From: Moraxella nasicaprae
Lineage (GTDB): Bacteria; Pseudomonadota; Gammaproteobacteria; Pseudomonadales; Moraxellaceae
DNA length: 32,000 bases
NCBI RefSeq assembly: GCF_025643275.1
Contig: NZ_CP089977.1
Span: 480,001-512,000, forward strand
Reading direction: 5' to 3'
The position numbers and the translations under genes are program-made. The first letter of the stretch is position 1; each line of letters starts with the position of its first letter. The notes below the pieces were generated by a model that saw only the letters and a program-made list of their open reading frames with translations, had not been told where the DNA came from and ran no database searches. This document shows positions 23,193 through 32,000 of this stretch, piece after piece.

Positions 23193-25517
23193 ATGCAAAA
23201 ACTTAGTCCAGCCGACCTAAAACGCACCACCAATCCAAATCATCTGCCCAAAAATAGCCGTGCCAAACTCCCCAAGCCAGAGCTTAGTTTTGGTCAGCAG
23301 CGTGCCATCAAAGCCATCAACACCGCCCTAAACATTCGTGCCAATGGCTATCATATTTTTGCGGTCGGAGAAAATGGCTTGGGCAAACGCACCCTCATCA
23401 CTCGCCTACTGACCGAACGAGCCAAATCACAAAATACACCAAACGACCTTGTCTATGTGCATAATTTTGTGGACTCTCGCCGTCCCATCGCCATCGATTT
23501 ACCCACAGGTGCGGCATTTGCTTTCCAACAAAAAATCTACAAACTGTGGCAAACCGCCAAGCTTAAACTGACCGCCAAACTGCTTGGAGAGGTACATCAA
23601 AAACACATCAGCACCATCAAAGCATCGGTCAACGACACCCAAAATCAGTATTTTGATGACATCAACAAAAAAGGCAAGGCACACAACCTGTGCATTCAGC
23701 TACATCTGGACGGTCAGCCAAAATTGGTCGCCATTGATGATAAGCAAGAGATTGACCAAAAAATCTACCAAAAACTTAGCCAAGAGCTGACCCAAATTGA
23801 GCTAAAACTTGAAGACCTAGAAGACAGTCTGCATCAGCAGCTGGACGAGCTGCATCAAACTTCTGCCCTAAAAGTGCTTGAACCGCTATTTCGTCCGCTA
23901 CTTAGCACCTATCAAGCCAGCCCCAAAGCCATCGCTCATCTACAAGCCATGCAGGCAGACATGGTCAAAAATGTGGCACACATCATCAATGAAGATGATA
24001 ATGATTTTGTGGCGGCGGTGCTAAGCGAAGTGCCCAGTCGCTATGCGGTCAATATTCTGGTCAGTCATAAGGCAGGCAGTGGTGCTCCGATTATTTTTGA
24101 GGATTTGCCTACCCATCTAAACTTGCTTGGGCATATCGAGTACACCACCGAGCTTGGTACGGTTTTGACCGATGTGAGCATGATACGAGCGGGGGCGTTA
24201 CACCGAGCCAATGGTGGCTATCTTATCCTAGAAGCCAGTAGTCTATTAGAACACCCTTATGCATGGCAAGGGCTAAAACGAGCCTTGCAGTCTAAGCAAA
24301 TCAAAATATCCAGCCTAGAACAAATGCTGACCTTAACAGGTTCTTTATCGCTAGAACCTGACAGCATTGGGCTTGATGTCAAAGTTATTTTGCTTGGCGA
24401 AGCGGATTTGTATTATGAACTGCTCGAATTTGAACCAGAATTTAATGCCGTCTTTAAAATCCGTGCCGATTTTCATCATGACATCAGACGAGATGAACAA
24501 AGTGAGTTAGGCTTAGTCATCAAAATGGTGGACATGATTAAGGCATACCAACTGCCAACCTTTGACAACACCGCTTTTGCCGCCATCATCGATAAACTAA
24601 GCGAAATCGCTGATGATAAGCATAAGATTGACCTGCACGCCGACCGTCTGGCAAGTCTGCTGGTTGAATCTGCACAGCACGCCACGCAAGCAGGCAAAAG
24701 CACGGTTACCGCCACCGAAGTCGCCGCTGCCTTAGCTGACATTCACGAACGCACCAGCTATCTACAAGAGCTGTATTGGCAAGAGATTCACGGTGGGCAG
24801 CAAGTCATCAGCACCACAGGAAAAGCCGTTGGGCAAATCAATGCCTTGACCGTGATTAGCTATGCTGACAGCGAATTTGGTATGCCAGCTCGTCTAACCG
24901 CCCTAATCGCACCACGCTTTGGCCATGGCGAAATCCTAGACATCGAACGAGATGTTGAGCTTGGCGGTAGTCTGCACGCCAAAGGTATGCTGATTATGAC
25001 CAATTTTCTAAGGTCTTTGTTTAGTGAATTTTATGAGTTGAATTTTAGTGCCTCACTTGCCTTTGAACAAAGCTACGCCCATATTGATGGCGATAGTGCG
25101 ACTTTGGCAGAATGCTGTGCCTTATTTTCAGCACTCAGCGGTGTGCCCATCGCCCAAAATCTTGCCATTACAGGTTCAATGAATCAGCTTGGCGAAGCCC
25201 AAGCGGTCGGCGGAGTCAATGCCAAAATCGCAGGATTTTTTGATGCTTGTGTCGCCAAAGGATTGACAGGCAATCAGGGCGTGATTTTGCCACGCACCAA
25301 CCTAGACCAACTCATGCTTCGAGATGATATCATCAAGGCTGTGGCACGAGGTGAGTTTACCATTCATGTCATTGATAATATTTATCAAGCCCTAGAGCTT
25401 TTGACCGACATGCCTGTCAATGACAAAAATAAAAAAGGCGACTACAAAAAAGGCACGCTGTTCTACAAAGTGGTCAAACGCCTAGCCTCATGGAAGGACA
25501 AAGATGATAAGGAATAG
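23193..25517 (+). CDS. Lon-family protease homolog (AsrA/YcbZ-like; AAA-like domain plus Lon S16 proteolytic domain)
   Basis: P-loop-like GENGLGKRT (23367-23393). Coiled-coil-like insert LSQELTQIELKLEDLEDSLHQQLDELHQ. C-terminal IDGDSATLAE (Ser) and GGVNAKIAGF (Lys) match the Lon catalytic dyad context. Confidence 0.85.
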   Translation: MQKLSPADLKRTTNPNHLPKNSRAKLPKPELSFGQQRAIKAINTALNIRANGYHIFAVGENGLGKRTLITRLLTERAKSQNTPNDLVYVHNFVDSRRPIAIDLPTGAAFAFQQKIYKLWQTAKLKLTAKLLGEVHQKHISTIKASVNDTQNQYFDDINKKGKAHNLCIQLHLDGQPKLVAIDDKQEIDQKIYQKLSQELTQIELKLEDLEDSLHQQLDELHQTSALKVLEPLFRPLLSTYQASPKAIAHLQAMQADMVKNVAHIINEDDNDFVAAVLSEVPSRYAVNILVSHKAGSGAPIIFEDLPTHLNLLGHIEYTTELGTVLTDVSMIRAGALHRANGGYLILEASSLLEHPYAWQGLKRALQSKQIKISSLEQMLTLTGSLSLEPDSIGLDVKVILLGEADLYYELLEFEPEFNAVFKIRADFHHDIRRDEQSELGLVIKMVDMIKAYQLPTFDNTAFAAIIDKLSEIADDKHKIDLHADRLASLLVESAQHATQAGKSTVTATEVAAALADIHERTSYLQELYWQEIHGGQQVISTTGKAVGQINALTVISYADSEFGMPARLTALIAPRFGHGEILDIERDVELGGSLHAKGMLIMTNFLRSLFSEFYELNFSASLAFEQSYAHIDGDSATLAECCALFSALSGVPIAQNLAITGSMNQLGEAQAVGGVNAKIAGFFDACVAKGLTGNQGVILPRTNLDQLMLRDDIIKAVARGEFTIHVIDNIYQALELLTDMPVNDKNKKGDYKKGTLFYKVVKRLASWKDKDDKE

Positions 25518-26094
25518 CCTGTGCCATTGGTGCTTATGTAGCGTACTGAGTGGCGTGCTGATTGCTCTATCATCAGGCTGTCAAGATGTTCATCACACCT
25601 CTGCCAATCATGATGGCACTCAAACCACCCATGATGAGCAATTTCACTTTATGCTCAATGATACTATCGACCAATTTGTCGCACACACTTGGCAATTTGA
25701 AAAAGGCGAAAACATAAGCAATGAATGGCTTAGCAAATTAGACGACAGAGCGATGGTAAATTTTGCTCGCCATACTGATAATCCCAATGATTTGACCGCC
25801 CCTACCCCCAATGATGATTTGGTATTTTTGGGATTTTCAGCTTATGTTGGCTGTGCCAGTGTCAATGGCGTGATTGGACTTGATAAAACAACAGCCAAGT
25901 TTTATAAAACGAATGCAGGGTATTTTGGCAACGCACCACATTGTGGCGACATCACACAAATGGAAAATGAATTGGCGTATTTTGTGGGGCGTGGCAATAT
26001 TGAATATGAATTTAAAGACAATCGCTTGATATTGCGTGATGATACTCAGCAAACGCTGTATTTTAAAGCAAGCAAATATCAATCTACGCCATAA
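25504..26094 (+). CDS. Lipoprotein, possibly META-domain-like
   Basis: Lipobox LSSGC. VGCASVNGVIGLD...HCGD pattern. Its ATG overlaps the last 14 nt of the Lon-like gene. Confidence 0.55.
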   Translation: MIRNSLCHWCLCSVLSGVLIALSSGCQDVHHTSANHDGTQTTHDEQFHFMLNDTIDQFVAHTWQFEKGENISNEWLSKLDDRAMVNFARHTDNPNDLTAPTPNDDLVFLGFSAYVGCASVNGVIGLDKTTAKFYKTNAGYFGNAPHCGDITQMENELAYFVGRGNIEYEFKDNRLILRDDTQQTLYFKASKYQSTP

Positions 26095-26108
26095 TCAAAT
26101 CAAGCTAT

Positions 26109-26714
26109 TTAGTGACAACCAATGATTGGTCTATCTTTATATTCAAACGGATAGGCAATGCTGATGATGTTATCATTGATGATTTTTTGTTTAAAATAAA
26201 ACTCACCAATATGATGATTGACATAGCCACTATCTTGATTGATAAAAACAGCATTTAATTGATTCAAAGGCATACGAATACCAATACCAGAGGCTTTTAA
26301 TACCGCCTCTTTAATCGTCCAATAGGCAAACCATAAAGTTTTATCACAATCATTTTTTTGCCAATGATGATATTCATCTTGATGAAAATAGCGTTTTGCC
26401 AAACCATCAAAATTCACTTGACGATGAATATTTTCAATATCCACGCCAATATTCTGCACGGTCAAAGAATAAATTAAGGCATAATCACTTTGGCTGTGTG
26501 AATGATTAAAATGCAAATGGGCAATATTGGTGCAATAAGGTTTGCCATACTCATCTTTGGCAAACGCAGGTTTTGGCAAATCACAATCCCCACAAAAATC
26601 ACTCAAAATTCGCTCACGATAATCTGCAAACACTCGCTTAGATACCGCCCCGTCTTGCATGATGCTGGTCAGCGGTGCATGGTGCAAATAAATCATTTTT
26701 TCAATCGACATCAT
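26109..26714 (-). CDS. 4'-phosphopantetheinyl transferase (Sfp/EntD type)
   Basis: GKPYC...HFNHSHS, IGVDIE and WTIKEAVLKASGIG motifs. Start uncertain: ATG at 26714, 26711 or 26696. The track start at 26795 would overlap nth. Confidence 0.78.
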   Translation of the reverse strand: MMSIEKMIYLHHAPLTSIMQDGAVSKRVFADYRERILSDFCGDCDLPKPAFAKDEYGKPYCTNIAHLHFNHSHSQSDYALIYSLTVQNIGVDIENIHRQVNFDGLAKRYFHQDEYHHWQKNDCDKTLWFAYWTIKEAVLKASGIGIRMPLNQLNAVFINQDSGYVNHHIGEFYFKQKIINDNIISIAYPFEYKDRPIIGCH

Positions 26715-26793
26715 CAAAAAATCACAAATACCCAAGATAATAAATTGTGCTACAATACACGCCATTTTTGATTTGTACAATATAAATTTTATC

Positions 26794-27558
26794 ATGACTC
26801 AAAAAACCATCAAATCCAAAGCCATCAGCCTAAGCAAAAAGCCAACCGCAACAACAAAATCGCCAAAATTGGAAATCGCCAAAACTGCCGATACCCCAGC
26901 CTCTCGCCCAATGAATGCTGACAATCGCTTAAAATTTTTTGAAAAATTAAGCCAGCATATCAAAGAGCCTGTGACCGAACTTCACTACTCCAACGACTTT
27001 GAGCTGCTCATTGCGGTCATGCTTTCTGCCCAAGCCACTGATAAGAGTGTCAATATCGCCACCGATAAATTATTTAAAGTTGCCAATACGCCACAGGCAA
27101 TACTGGATTTGGGGCTTGACGGTTTAAAGTCCTACATCAATTCCATCGGACTTTATAATTCAAAGGCTGCCAATGTGATGAAAACTTGTCAGGATTTGCT
27201 TGACAAGCACGGCGGACAAGTCCCACGCACCAGAAGTGAGCTGGAAGCCTTAGCAGGCGTTGGACGAAAAACCGCCAATGTGGTGCTAAATACCGCTTTT
27301 GGACAGCCTGTCATGGCGGTGGACACCCATATTTTTCGGGTGGGTAATCGCACAGGGCTTGCCACAGGCAAAACGGTGCTGGCGGTCGAAAAAGCCCTGA
27401 TGAAACGCATTCCTAGTCAATATTTGGTGGACGCTCATCATTATTTGATTTTGCACGGTCGCTATACTTGTATGGCAAGAAGTCCAAAATGCGGTGCGTG
27501 CGTGGTCTTTGATGAATGTATGTTTAAAGATAAGGAAAAATGGGCAGAATTGGCATAA
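26794..27558 (+). CDS. nth: Endonuclease III
   Basis: ELLIAVMLSAQATD, GVGRKTANVVLN HhH-GPD motif, and C-terminal 4Fe-4S cluster CMARSPKCGACVVFDEC. The start could instead be ATG 26911 (MNADNRLKFF), which aligns with the E. coli N-terminus. Confidence 0.9.
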   Translation: MTQKTIKSKAISLSKKPTATTKSPKLEIAKTADTPASRPMNADNRLKFFEKLSQHIKEPVTELHYSNDFELLIAVMLSAQATDKSVNIATDKLFKVANTPQAILDLGLDGLKSYINSIGLYNSKAANVMKTCQDLLDKHGGQVPRTRSELEALAGVGRKTANVVLNTAFGQPVMAVDTHIFRVGNRTGLATGKTVLAVEKALMKRIPSQYLVDAHHYLILHGRYTCMARSPKCGACVVFDECMFKDKEKWAELA

Positions 27559-27667
27559 AGCGGTCAGCTTGACCTTGATTTTTGCTTGGTATCTTGCGAT
27601 AAAAATTAACATTTTAGCCAAAAAACCGCTATAATAGATGGTTTTAGTGGATAACAAAAGGCAGCTT

Positions 27668-29395
27668 ATGAACATTCAGCAATTACTCTCCGCTCCAATT
27701 CAACAGGCAATGATTACCGCTGGTGCAGACCAAGATGTACAAGCATTGGTTCGCCAGTCAAGCAAAGCACAATTTGGCGACTATCAAGCCAATGGCATCA
27801 TGGCTGCCGCCAAAAAACTGGGGCAAAATCCTCGTGAATTTGCTCAGCAGGTGCTTAGTCATCTGGATTTGGGCGAGATGGTTGATAAGCTGGAAATTGC
27901 AGGACCGGGTTTTATCAATATTTTTCTTAATAAAGATTGGCTTGCCAAAGAAAGCCTAAATGCCGCCTTTGATGATAAATTGGGCATCAACACACACCAA
28001 AACCAAACCATCGTGGTGGATTATTCCTCGCCTAATGTCGCCAAAGAAATGCATGTAGGACATCTGCGTTCCACCATCATTGGCGATAGCGTGGTACGCA
28101 CGCTTGAATTTTTGGGCAATACCGTCATTCGTGCCAACCATGTGGGTGACTGGGGTACGCAGTTTGGTATGTTGATTGCTTACCTTGAAAAAATGCAAAA
28201 TGACAACGCCAGCGGCATGGATTTATCCGACATTGAAGAGTTTTATCGCCAAGCCAAAGCTGAGTTTGATAGCAATGCTGCATTTGCTGAGACTGCCCGC
28301 CAATATGTCGTCAAGCTACAAAGTGGCGATACTCATTGCCTAACCCTATGGCAAAAACTGGTGGACATCACCATGAATCAATGCCAAGCCACTTATGATA
28401 GACTCAATGTTACCCTAACCCAAGCCGATACAATGGGCGAAAGTCTGTACAACCCCATGCTACAAGGCATCGTAGATGACCTAAAAAATCAAGGACTTGC
28501 GGTCGAAGACAATGGGGCAACGGTCGTGTTCTTGGACGAATTTAAAAACAAAGAAGGCGAACCGATGGGTGTCATCATCCAAAAAAATGACGGAGGTTTT
28601 TTATACACCACCACCGACATTGCCGCCGCCACTTATCGTTGCCACACCCTAAAAGCCAACAAGGCCTATGTCTTTACTGACGCTCGCCAAAGCCAGCATA
28701 TGCAACAAGCATGGCTCATCACTCGCAAGGGTAAATTTATCCCTGATGAGTTTGAGCTTAAACACTTTACCTTTGGCATGATGCTTGGTAAAGATGGCAA
28801 GCCATTCAAAACTCGTACTGGTGGCACGGTCAAACTGACCGACCTGCTAGACGAAGCGGTTGAGCGTGCCACAGCACTCATCAACCAAAAAAATCCTGAT
28901 TTAAGCGAACAAGAAAAACAAGCGGTCATCGAGGCGGTTGCCATTGGAGCGGTCAAATACGCCGACCTATCGAAAAACCGCACCACCGACTATGTATTTG
29001 ATTGGGATAACATGCTTTCCTTTGAGGGTAATACCGCCCCATACATGCAGTATGCCTATACTCGCATTCGCTCCATTTTTGCCAAGGCACAGATTGACCC
29101 TGCCACACTAGACGGTCAAATCATGCTGTCTGATGACAAAGAGAGAGCATTGGCGGTCAAATTATTACAATTTGAAGAGGTGCTACTGACGGTATCAGAA
29201 GATGGCCTGCCACATCTGTTATGTCAATATCTTTTTGAATTGGCTGGCATCTTTTCTAGTTTCTATGAAGCCTGCCCGATTTTGACAACCCAAGAACCGA
29301 CCAAAACCAGTCGCCTACTACTTGCCAAATTAACCGCAAACACCCTACAAAAAGGACTGGATTTGCTGGGCATCAAAACGGTCGAAAAAATGTAA
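27668..29395 (+). CDS. argS: Arginine--tRNA ligase
   Basis: [16 protein letters not shown] (HIGH region). Length about 575 aa from ATG 27668. Ends in the conserved class I anticodon-binding tail. Confidence 0.95.
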   Translation: MNIQQLLSAPIQQAMITAGADQDVQALVRQSSKAQFGDYQANGIMAAAKKLGQNPREFAQQVLSHLDLGEMVDKLEIAGPGFINIFLNKDWLAKESLNAAFDDKLGINTHQNQTIVVDYSSPNVAKEMHVGHLRSTIIGDSVVRTLEFLGNTVIRANHVGDWGTQFGMLIAYLEKMQNDNASGMDLSDIEEFYRQAKAEFDSNAAFAETARQYVVKLQSGDTHCLTLWQKLVDITMNQCQATYDRLNVTLTQADTMGESLYNPMLQGIVDDLKNQGLAVEDNGATVVFLDEFKNKEGEPMGVIIQKNDGGFLYTTTDIAAATYRCHTLKANKAYVFTDARQSQHMQQAWLITRKGKFIPDEFELKHFTFGMMLGKDGKPFKTRTGGTVKLTDLLDEAVERATALINQKNPDLSEQEKQAVIEAVAIGAVKYADLSKNRTTDYVFDWDNMLSFEGNTAPYMQYAYTRIRSIFAKAQIDPATLDGQIMLSDDKERALAVKLLQFEEVLLTVSEDGLPHLLCQYLFELAGIFSSFYEACPILTTQEPTKTSRLLLAKLTANTLQKGLDLLGIKTVEKM

Positions 29396-29406
29396 TGACC
29401 CAACCA

Positions 29407-29442
29407 AAAAGCATCTTTATAAGACAATAAAGATGCTTTTTT
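29407..29442. terminator. Bidirectional rho-independent terminator (argS / AraC convergent pair)
   Basis: 14-bp perfect stem AAAAGCATCTTTAT / ATAAAGATGCTTTT with a 6-nt loop, flanked by A- and T-runs. Confidence 0.85.
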
Positions 29443-29471
29443 ATCATTTAGCTTGTTATGATATGAGCGTG

Positions 29472-30314
29472 TCAAGAGAGTATCTTCGCCTCGTTGGCAT
29501 GAGTCACGCCATCAAGCCACTCGCTTGGGGTTTTTCCAATCTCTTTGACAAAAGCTCGTGTCAAAGAGGCATTATGGCTGTACCCTACTTTCTCGGCAAC
29601 CAATGCCACGGATAAGCCTTTTTTTAGAAGCATTTGGGCAAGGCTAATCCGCCAAGTCGTCAAATAATCACTGGGCGACACCCCCATCACTTCCTTAAAA
29701 TAGTTGCCAAACTTAGCTTTGGACATAAACACCCTATCCGACATCGTTTGCAAATCCCAATTGTTAGCAGGATTTTGATGAATATCCAGCAGCAGCGGAG
29801 CAAGAGCGGTGTCGGTCAAGCCTCTTAACAACCCCACCTTAATCAACCCTCGTGCCAAGCACTCACGCACCACCAAAATCAGCACATAGCCGCACAGATA
29901 TGAGATTAACGCCTGATGACCGCATTTTGGCGACTGGCTTTCTTTGAAAATCTCTTTGGCAATCGTCATCAAATGTGGCAGTTCATCAAGCCACAGCGTC
30001 ACGATTTGACTGACATCATAAATGAGCGGATTTTGAATGCCTTGACCAAAATCAAAATTGACACAAAACACCGCCAAATCCTCACTCACAGGCTCAATGC
30101 GATGCAGGCAATTTGTGGGCGAAAATAGCACACAGGGACGGTCAATGATGATGGGTGGTTGTCCTTTTTGAATCAGGCGACAACTGCCCTGATAGATAAA
30201 ATGCAAATAGCCTTTATTGGGTTCATCAAACTGCCCCATACGGCACAGCAACCCCACAAAAAATAGCTCAGTACGGAAGGAAAATTGGGTAAATAAATGG
30301 GTTAAAGCGTCCAT
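29472..30314 (-). CDS. AraC-family transcriptional regulator (cupin-like N-domain)
   Basis: C-terminal HTH MSDRVFMSKAKFGNYFKEVMGVSPSDY ... VAEKVGYSHNASLTRAFVKEIGKTPSEW. Start taken at ATG 30314. Confidence 0.85.
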   Translation of the reverse strand: MDALTHLFTQFSFRTELFFVGLLCRMGQFDEPNKGYLHFIYQGSCRLIQKGQPPIIIDRPCVLFSPTNCLHRIEPVSEDLAVFCVNFDFGQGIQNPLIYDVSQIVTLWLDELPHLMTIAKEIFKESQSPKCGHQALISYLCGYVLILVVRECLARGLIKVGLLRGLTDTALAPLLLDIHQNPANNWDLQTMSDRVFMSKAKFGNYFKEVMGVSPSDYLTTWRISLAQMLLKKGLSVALVAEKVGYSHNASLTRAFVKEIGKTPSEWLDGVTHANEAKILS

Positions 30315-30340
30315 AAGCAAACTTTAATTATTGGCAATAA

Positions 30341-30490
30341 GAATTATTCGGTATTGTTAATTGAGTATACTTTTCTAGAAAACCGTTCGTGGTGAGCTTG
30401 TCGAACCGCCACTGTTTTCCTAGACTTCGACAAGCTCAGTCCGAACGGAAAACCTTAAAATCTATCTTTATTTAACAATACCAATTATTC
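30341..30490. mobile_element. MITE-like / REP-like 150-bp palindromic element
   Basis: Terminal inverted repeats GAATTATTCGGTATTGTTAA (30341-30360) and TTAACAATACCAATTATTC (30472-30490). Internal hairpin: 13-bp perfect arms TGAGCTTGTCGAA (30393-30405) / TTCGACAAGCTCA (30426-30438), plus 7-bp CCGTTCG (30383-30389) / CGAACGG (30442-30448). Confidence 0.5.
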
Positions 30491-30527
30491 TAACAAAAAC
30501 CGCCCATAGCAACAACCAAATTGCATT

Positions 30528-30583
30528 TTGGTTAAATCATCGATGTGATTGGTTAAATCGATGAAAAAATAAGTCGGTATAAT
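30528..30583 (+). promoter_or_regulatory. Candidate AraC-activated promoter of the isochorismatase-family gene
   Basis: Direct repeats TTGGTTAAATC(AT)CGATG at 30528-30545 and 30549-30563, with a 21-bp register, abut the -35 position. TATAAT lies at 30578-30583. Confidence 0.4.
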
Positions 30584-30662
30584 ACGCACCAAGTTTGATG
30601 AATTTGATTTATCAAATGATTGATGTTAAATAAAATTGTATATTCAATAATAAGGTATCATT

Positions 30663-31526
30663 ATGTCAGAACAAACCTTTAATCCAGAACAAGAAAACAT
30701 CGATACTTCTCGCCGTAGTGCGATTGGTGCAGGTGCAAAAATTGCCATGAGTGCAGGCGTGCTAGGAGCGATGGGTCTAAGCAGCATTGCCAATGCCGCC
30801 ACCAAACCAGCTGCGGTTCAAGAGCCAAAGAAAAGCCCTTATGCTGAGCCTGAGCAGTATGGTCTTGAACGCCCTGGTATGAAAATTGACCCAAAGCGAG
30901 TGGCGTTGGTCATCGTTGACCCACAAAACGACTTTTTAAGCCCAAATGGCGTGATGTGGGGCGTGCTAAAAGATAGTATCATTGAAAACAACACCGTTGA
31001 AAACATTGAAAGTCTATTTAAGGCTGCCAAAGCGGTGGATATGCCCGTCATCGTCTCGCCCCACTATTATTACCCAACCGACCACCAATGGGAGTTTATG
31101 GCACCAGGTGAAAACTTTATGCACAAAACCAATATGTTTGCTCGCAAAAGTGCATACAGCATGGACGGTTTCGAAGGCTCTGGGGCGGACTTTGTGGAAC
31201 GCTATAAGCCTTATATTTTTGACGGCAAAACCACCATCTGTTCACCACACAAAATCTTTGGCCCTGAAACCAGCGATGTGGTGTTACAGCTTAGAAAACG
31301 CAAAATTGACCAAGTGATTTTGGCAGGCATGGCAGCCAACTTGTGCATTGAGTCGCACTTGCGTGAGCTTGTAGAACAAGGCTTTGAAGTTACTGTGGTT
31401 AAAGATGCCACCGCAGGACCTCGTATTCCAGAAGGCGATGGTTATTTGGCGGCTTTGGTAAACTTCCGTCTGATTGCCAACGACTTGTGGACAACTGAAC
31501 AAGCCGTGAAAAACATGGGTGCATAA
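30663..31526 (+). CDS. Isochorismatase-family cysteine hydrolase with a Tat signal peptide
   Basis: TSRRSAIGAGAKIAMSAGVLGAMGLSSIANA twin-arginine leader (RR codons at 30711-30716). VALVIVDPQNDF and ILAGMAANLCIESH (catalytic Cys) are isochorismatase motifs. Confidence 0.85.
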   Translation: MSEQTFNPEQENIDTSRRSAIGAGAKIAMSAGVLGAMGLSSIANAATKPAAVQEPKKSPYAEPEQYGLERPGMKIDPKRVALVIVDPQNDFLSPNGVMWGVLKDSIIENNTVENIESLFKAAKAVDMPVIVSPHYYYPTDHQWEFMAPGENFMHKTNMFARKSAYSMDGFEGSGADFVERYKPYIFDGKTTICSPHKIFGPETSDVVLQLRKRKIDQVILAGMAANLCIESHLRELVEQGFEVTVVKDATAGPRIPEGDGYLAALVNFRLIANDLWTTEQAVKNMGA

Positions 31527-31548
31527 TCCCCATCAATAACTATCCAAG

Positions 31549-31582
31549 CCGTCTTTTGTATCATTTGGCAAAAGACGGTTTT
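31549..31582 (+). terminator. Rho-independent terminator
   Basis: 10-bp stem CCGTCTTTTG / CAAAAGACGG, followed by TTTT. Confidence 0.75.
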
Positions 31583-31767
31583 GGCGTTGGTAAAATCCAA
31601 TAAAAACAATGATGGTCAATCAAACTTAAAATACACCACACTGGTTTTTTATTCATAATAAAACCAGTAACCGTCTTTCGATGGAGCTTAGACGAACAAT
31701 TTGGGTGTTTTTTGAAGTTAATTGACGATAAGATACAGACTTTCTAATAAAAAAATAATGGCATACC

Positions 31768-32000
31768 ATGAACACCGATAAACTGATATTTTTAAATAAA
31801 ACACCTTTGTCAGCCTCATTTTTTGCTATGCCACTTGGTCTTGGGGCGTTTGCTTTGGCTTGGCATCACGCCAGTCAGATTACCAATGTTGCCGACACCA
31901 TCAGTCATGTGCTTGGCGGACTGGCGATGGCTTTTTGGTTATTATTTTTAGGATTATACCTACATAAAGCCATCAATCATCGCAAACATTGGCTTGATGA
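31768..32000 (+). CDS. TehA/TDT-family (tellurite-resistance / dicarboxylate transporter-like) membrane protein, 5' part only
   Basis: Hand translation gives MNTDKLIFLNKTPLSASFFAMPLGLGAFALAWHHASQ..., parallel to the E. coli TehA N-terminus ([24 protein letters not shown]). The ORF runs off the window. Confidence 0.65.
   Translation, partial: MNTDKLIFLNKTPLSASFFAMPLGLGAFALAWHHASQITNVADTISHVLGGLAMAFWLLFLGLYLHKAINHRKHWLD

Noticed and set aside
1-32000. CRISPR arrays, IS elements or transposases, prophage genes, and toxin-antitoxin or restriction-modification systems
   Set aside because: Reading the sequence and the ORF translations showed no regularly spaced repeats, no transposase or integrase-like ORFs, and no recognisable defence-system proteins.

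Overview
This is a chromosomal segment from a roughly 43% GC gammaproteobacterium. Codon usage and gene content resemble Moraxellaceae or Moraxella, which is inference only.

Gene content, left to right:
- The 3' end of tRNA-Val(GAC) and its terminator.
- About 1 kb with no credible gene, holding a cluster of DnaA boxes.
- Four small exported proteins. Three have an MliC/PliC-like fold; one of these has a 17-His tract and is frameshifted.
- dedA, metR, and a META-domain lipoprotein coupled to a GT2 glycosyltransferase.
- A KefB/KefC-type K+ efflux gene, split by a frameshift in a G6 run.
- A four-gene accessory-looking block: ALDH with AraC, and an MBL hydrolase with TetR.
- A small secreted protein, an OhrR-type MarR and a Kv-type K+ channel with a C-terminal zinc ribbon.
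- holB-kdsB, a decayed WG-repeat pseudogene, and the tight minus-strand string rsmG-parA-orfX-parB-msbA-lpxK.
- An AsrA/YcbZ-like Lon-family protease with an overlapping lipoprotein gene, an Sfp/EntD-type PPTase, nth and argS.
- An AraC regulator divergent from a Tat-signal isochorismatase-family hydrolase, with a 150-bp MITE-like palindromic element between them.
- The start of a TehA/TDT-family transporter.

I saw no rRNA, CRISPR array, transposase, integrase or recognisable defence system.

The most unusual item is orfX, a 142-aa ORF between parA and parB. It duplicates only the ParB N-terminal (ParA-stimulating) peptide and fuses it to an acidic tail. Other candidates:
- the palindromic three-box DnaA cluster;
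- the His-rich MliC-like lipoprotein cluster;
- Neisseriaceae DUS-like 12-mers flanking the ALDH/AraC pair;
- the MITE-like element.

Both frameshifts sit in homopolymers, so they may be sequencing artefacts.
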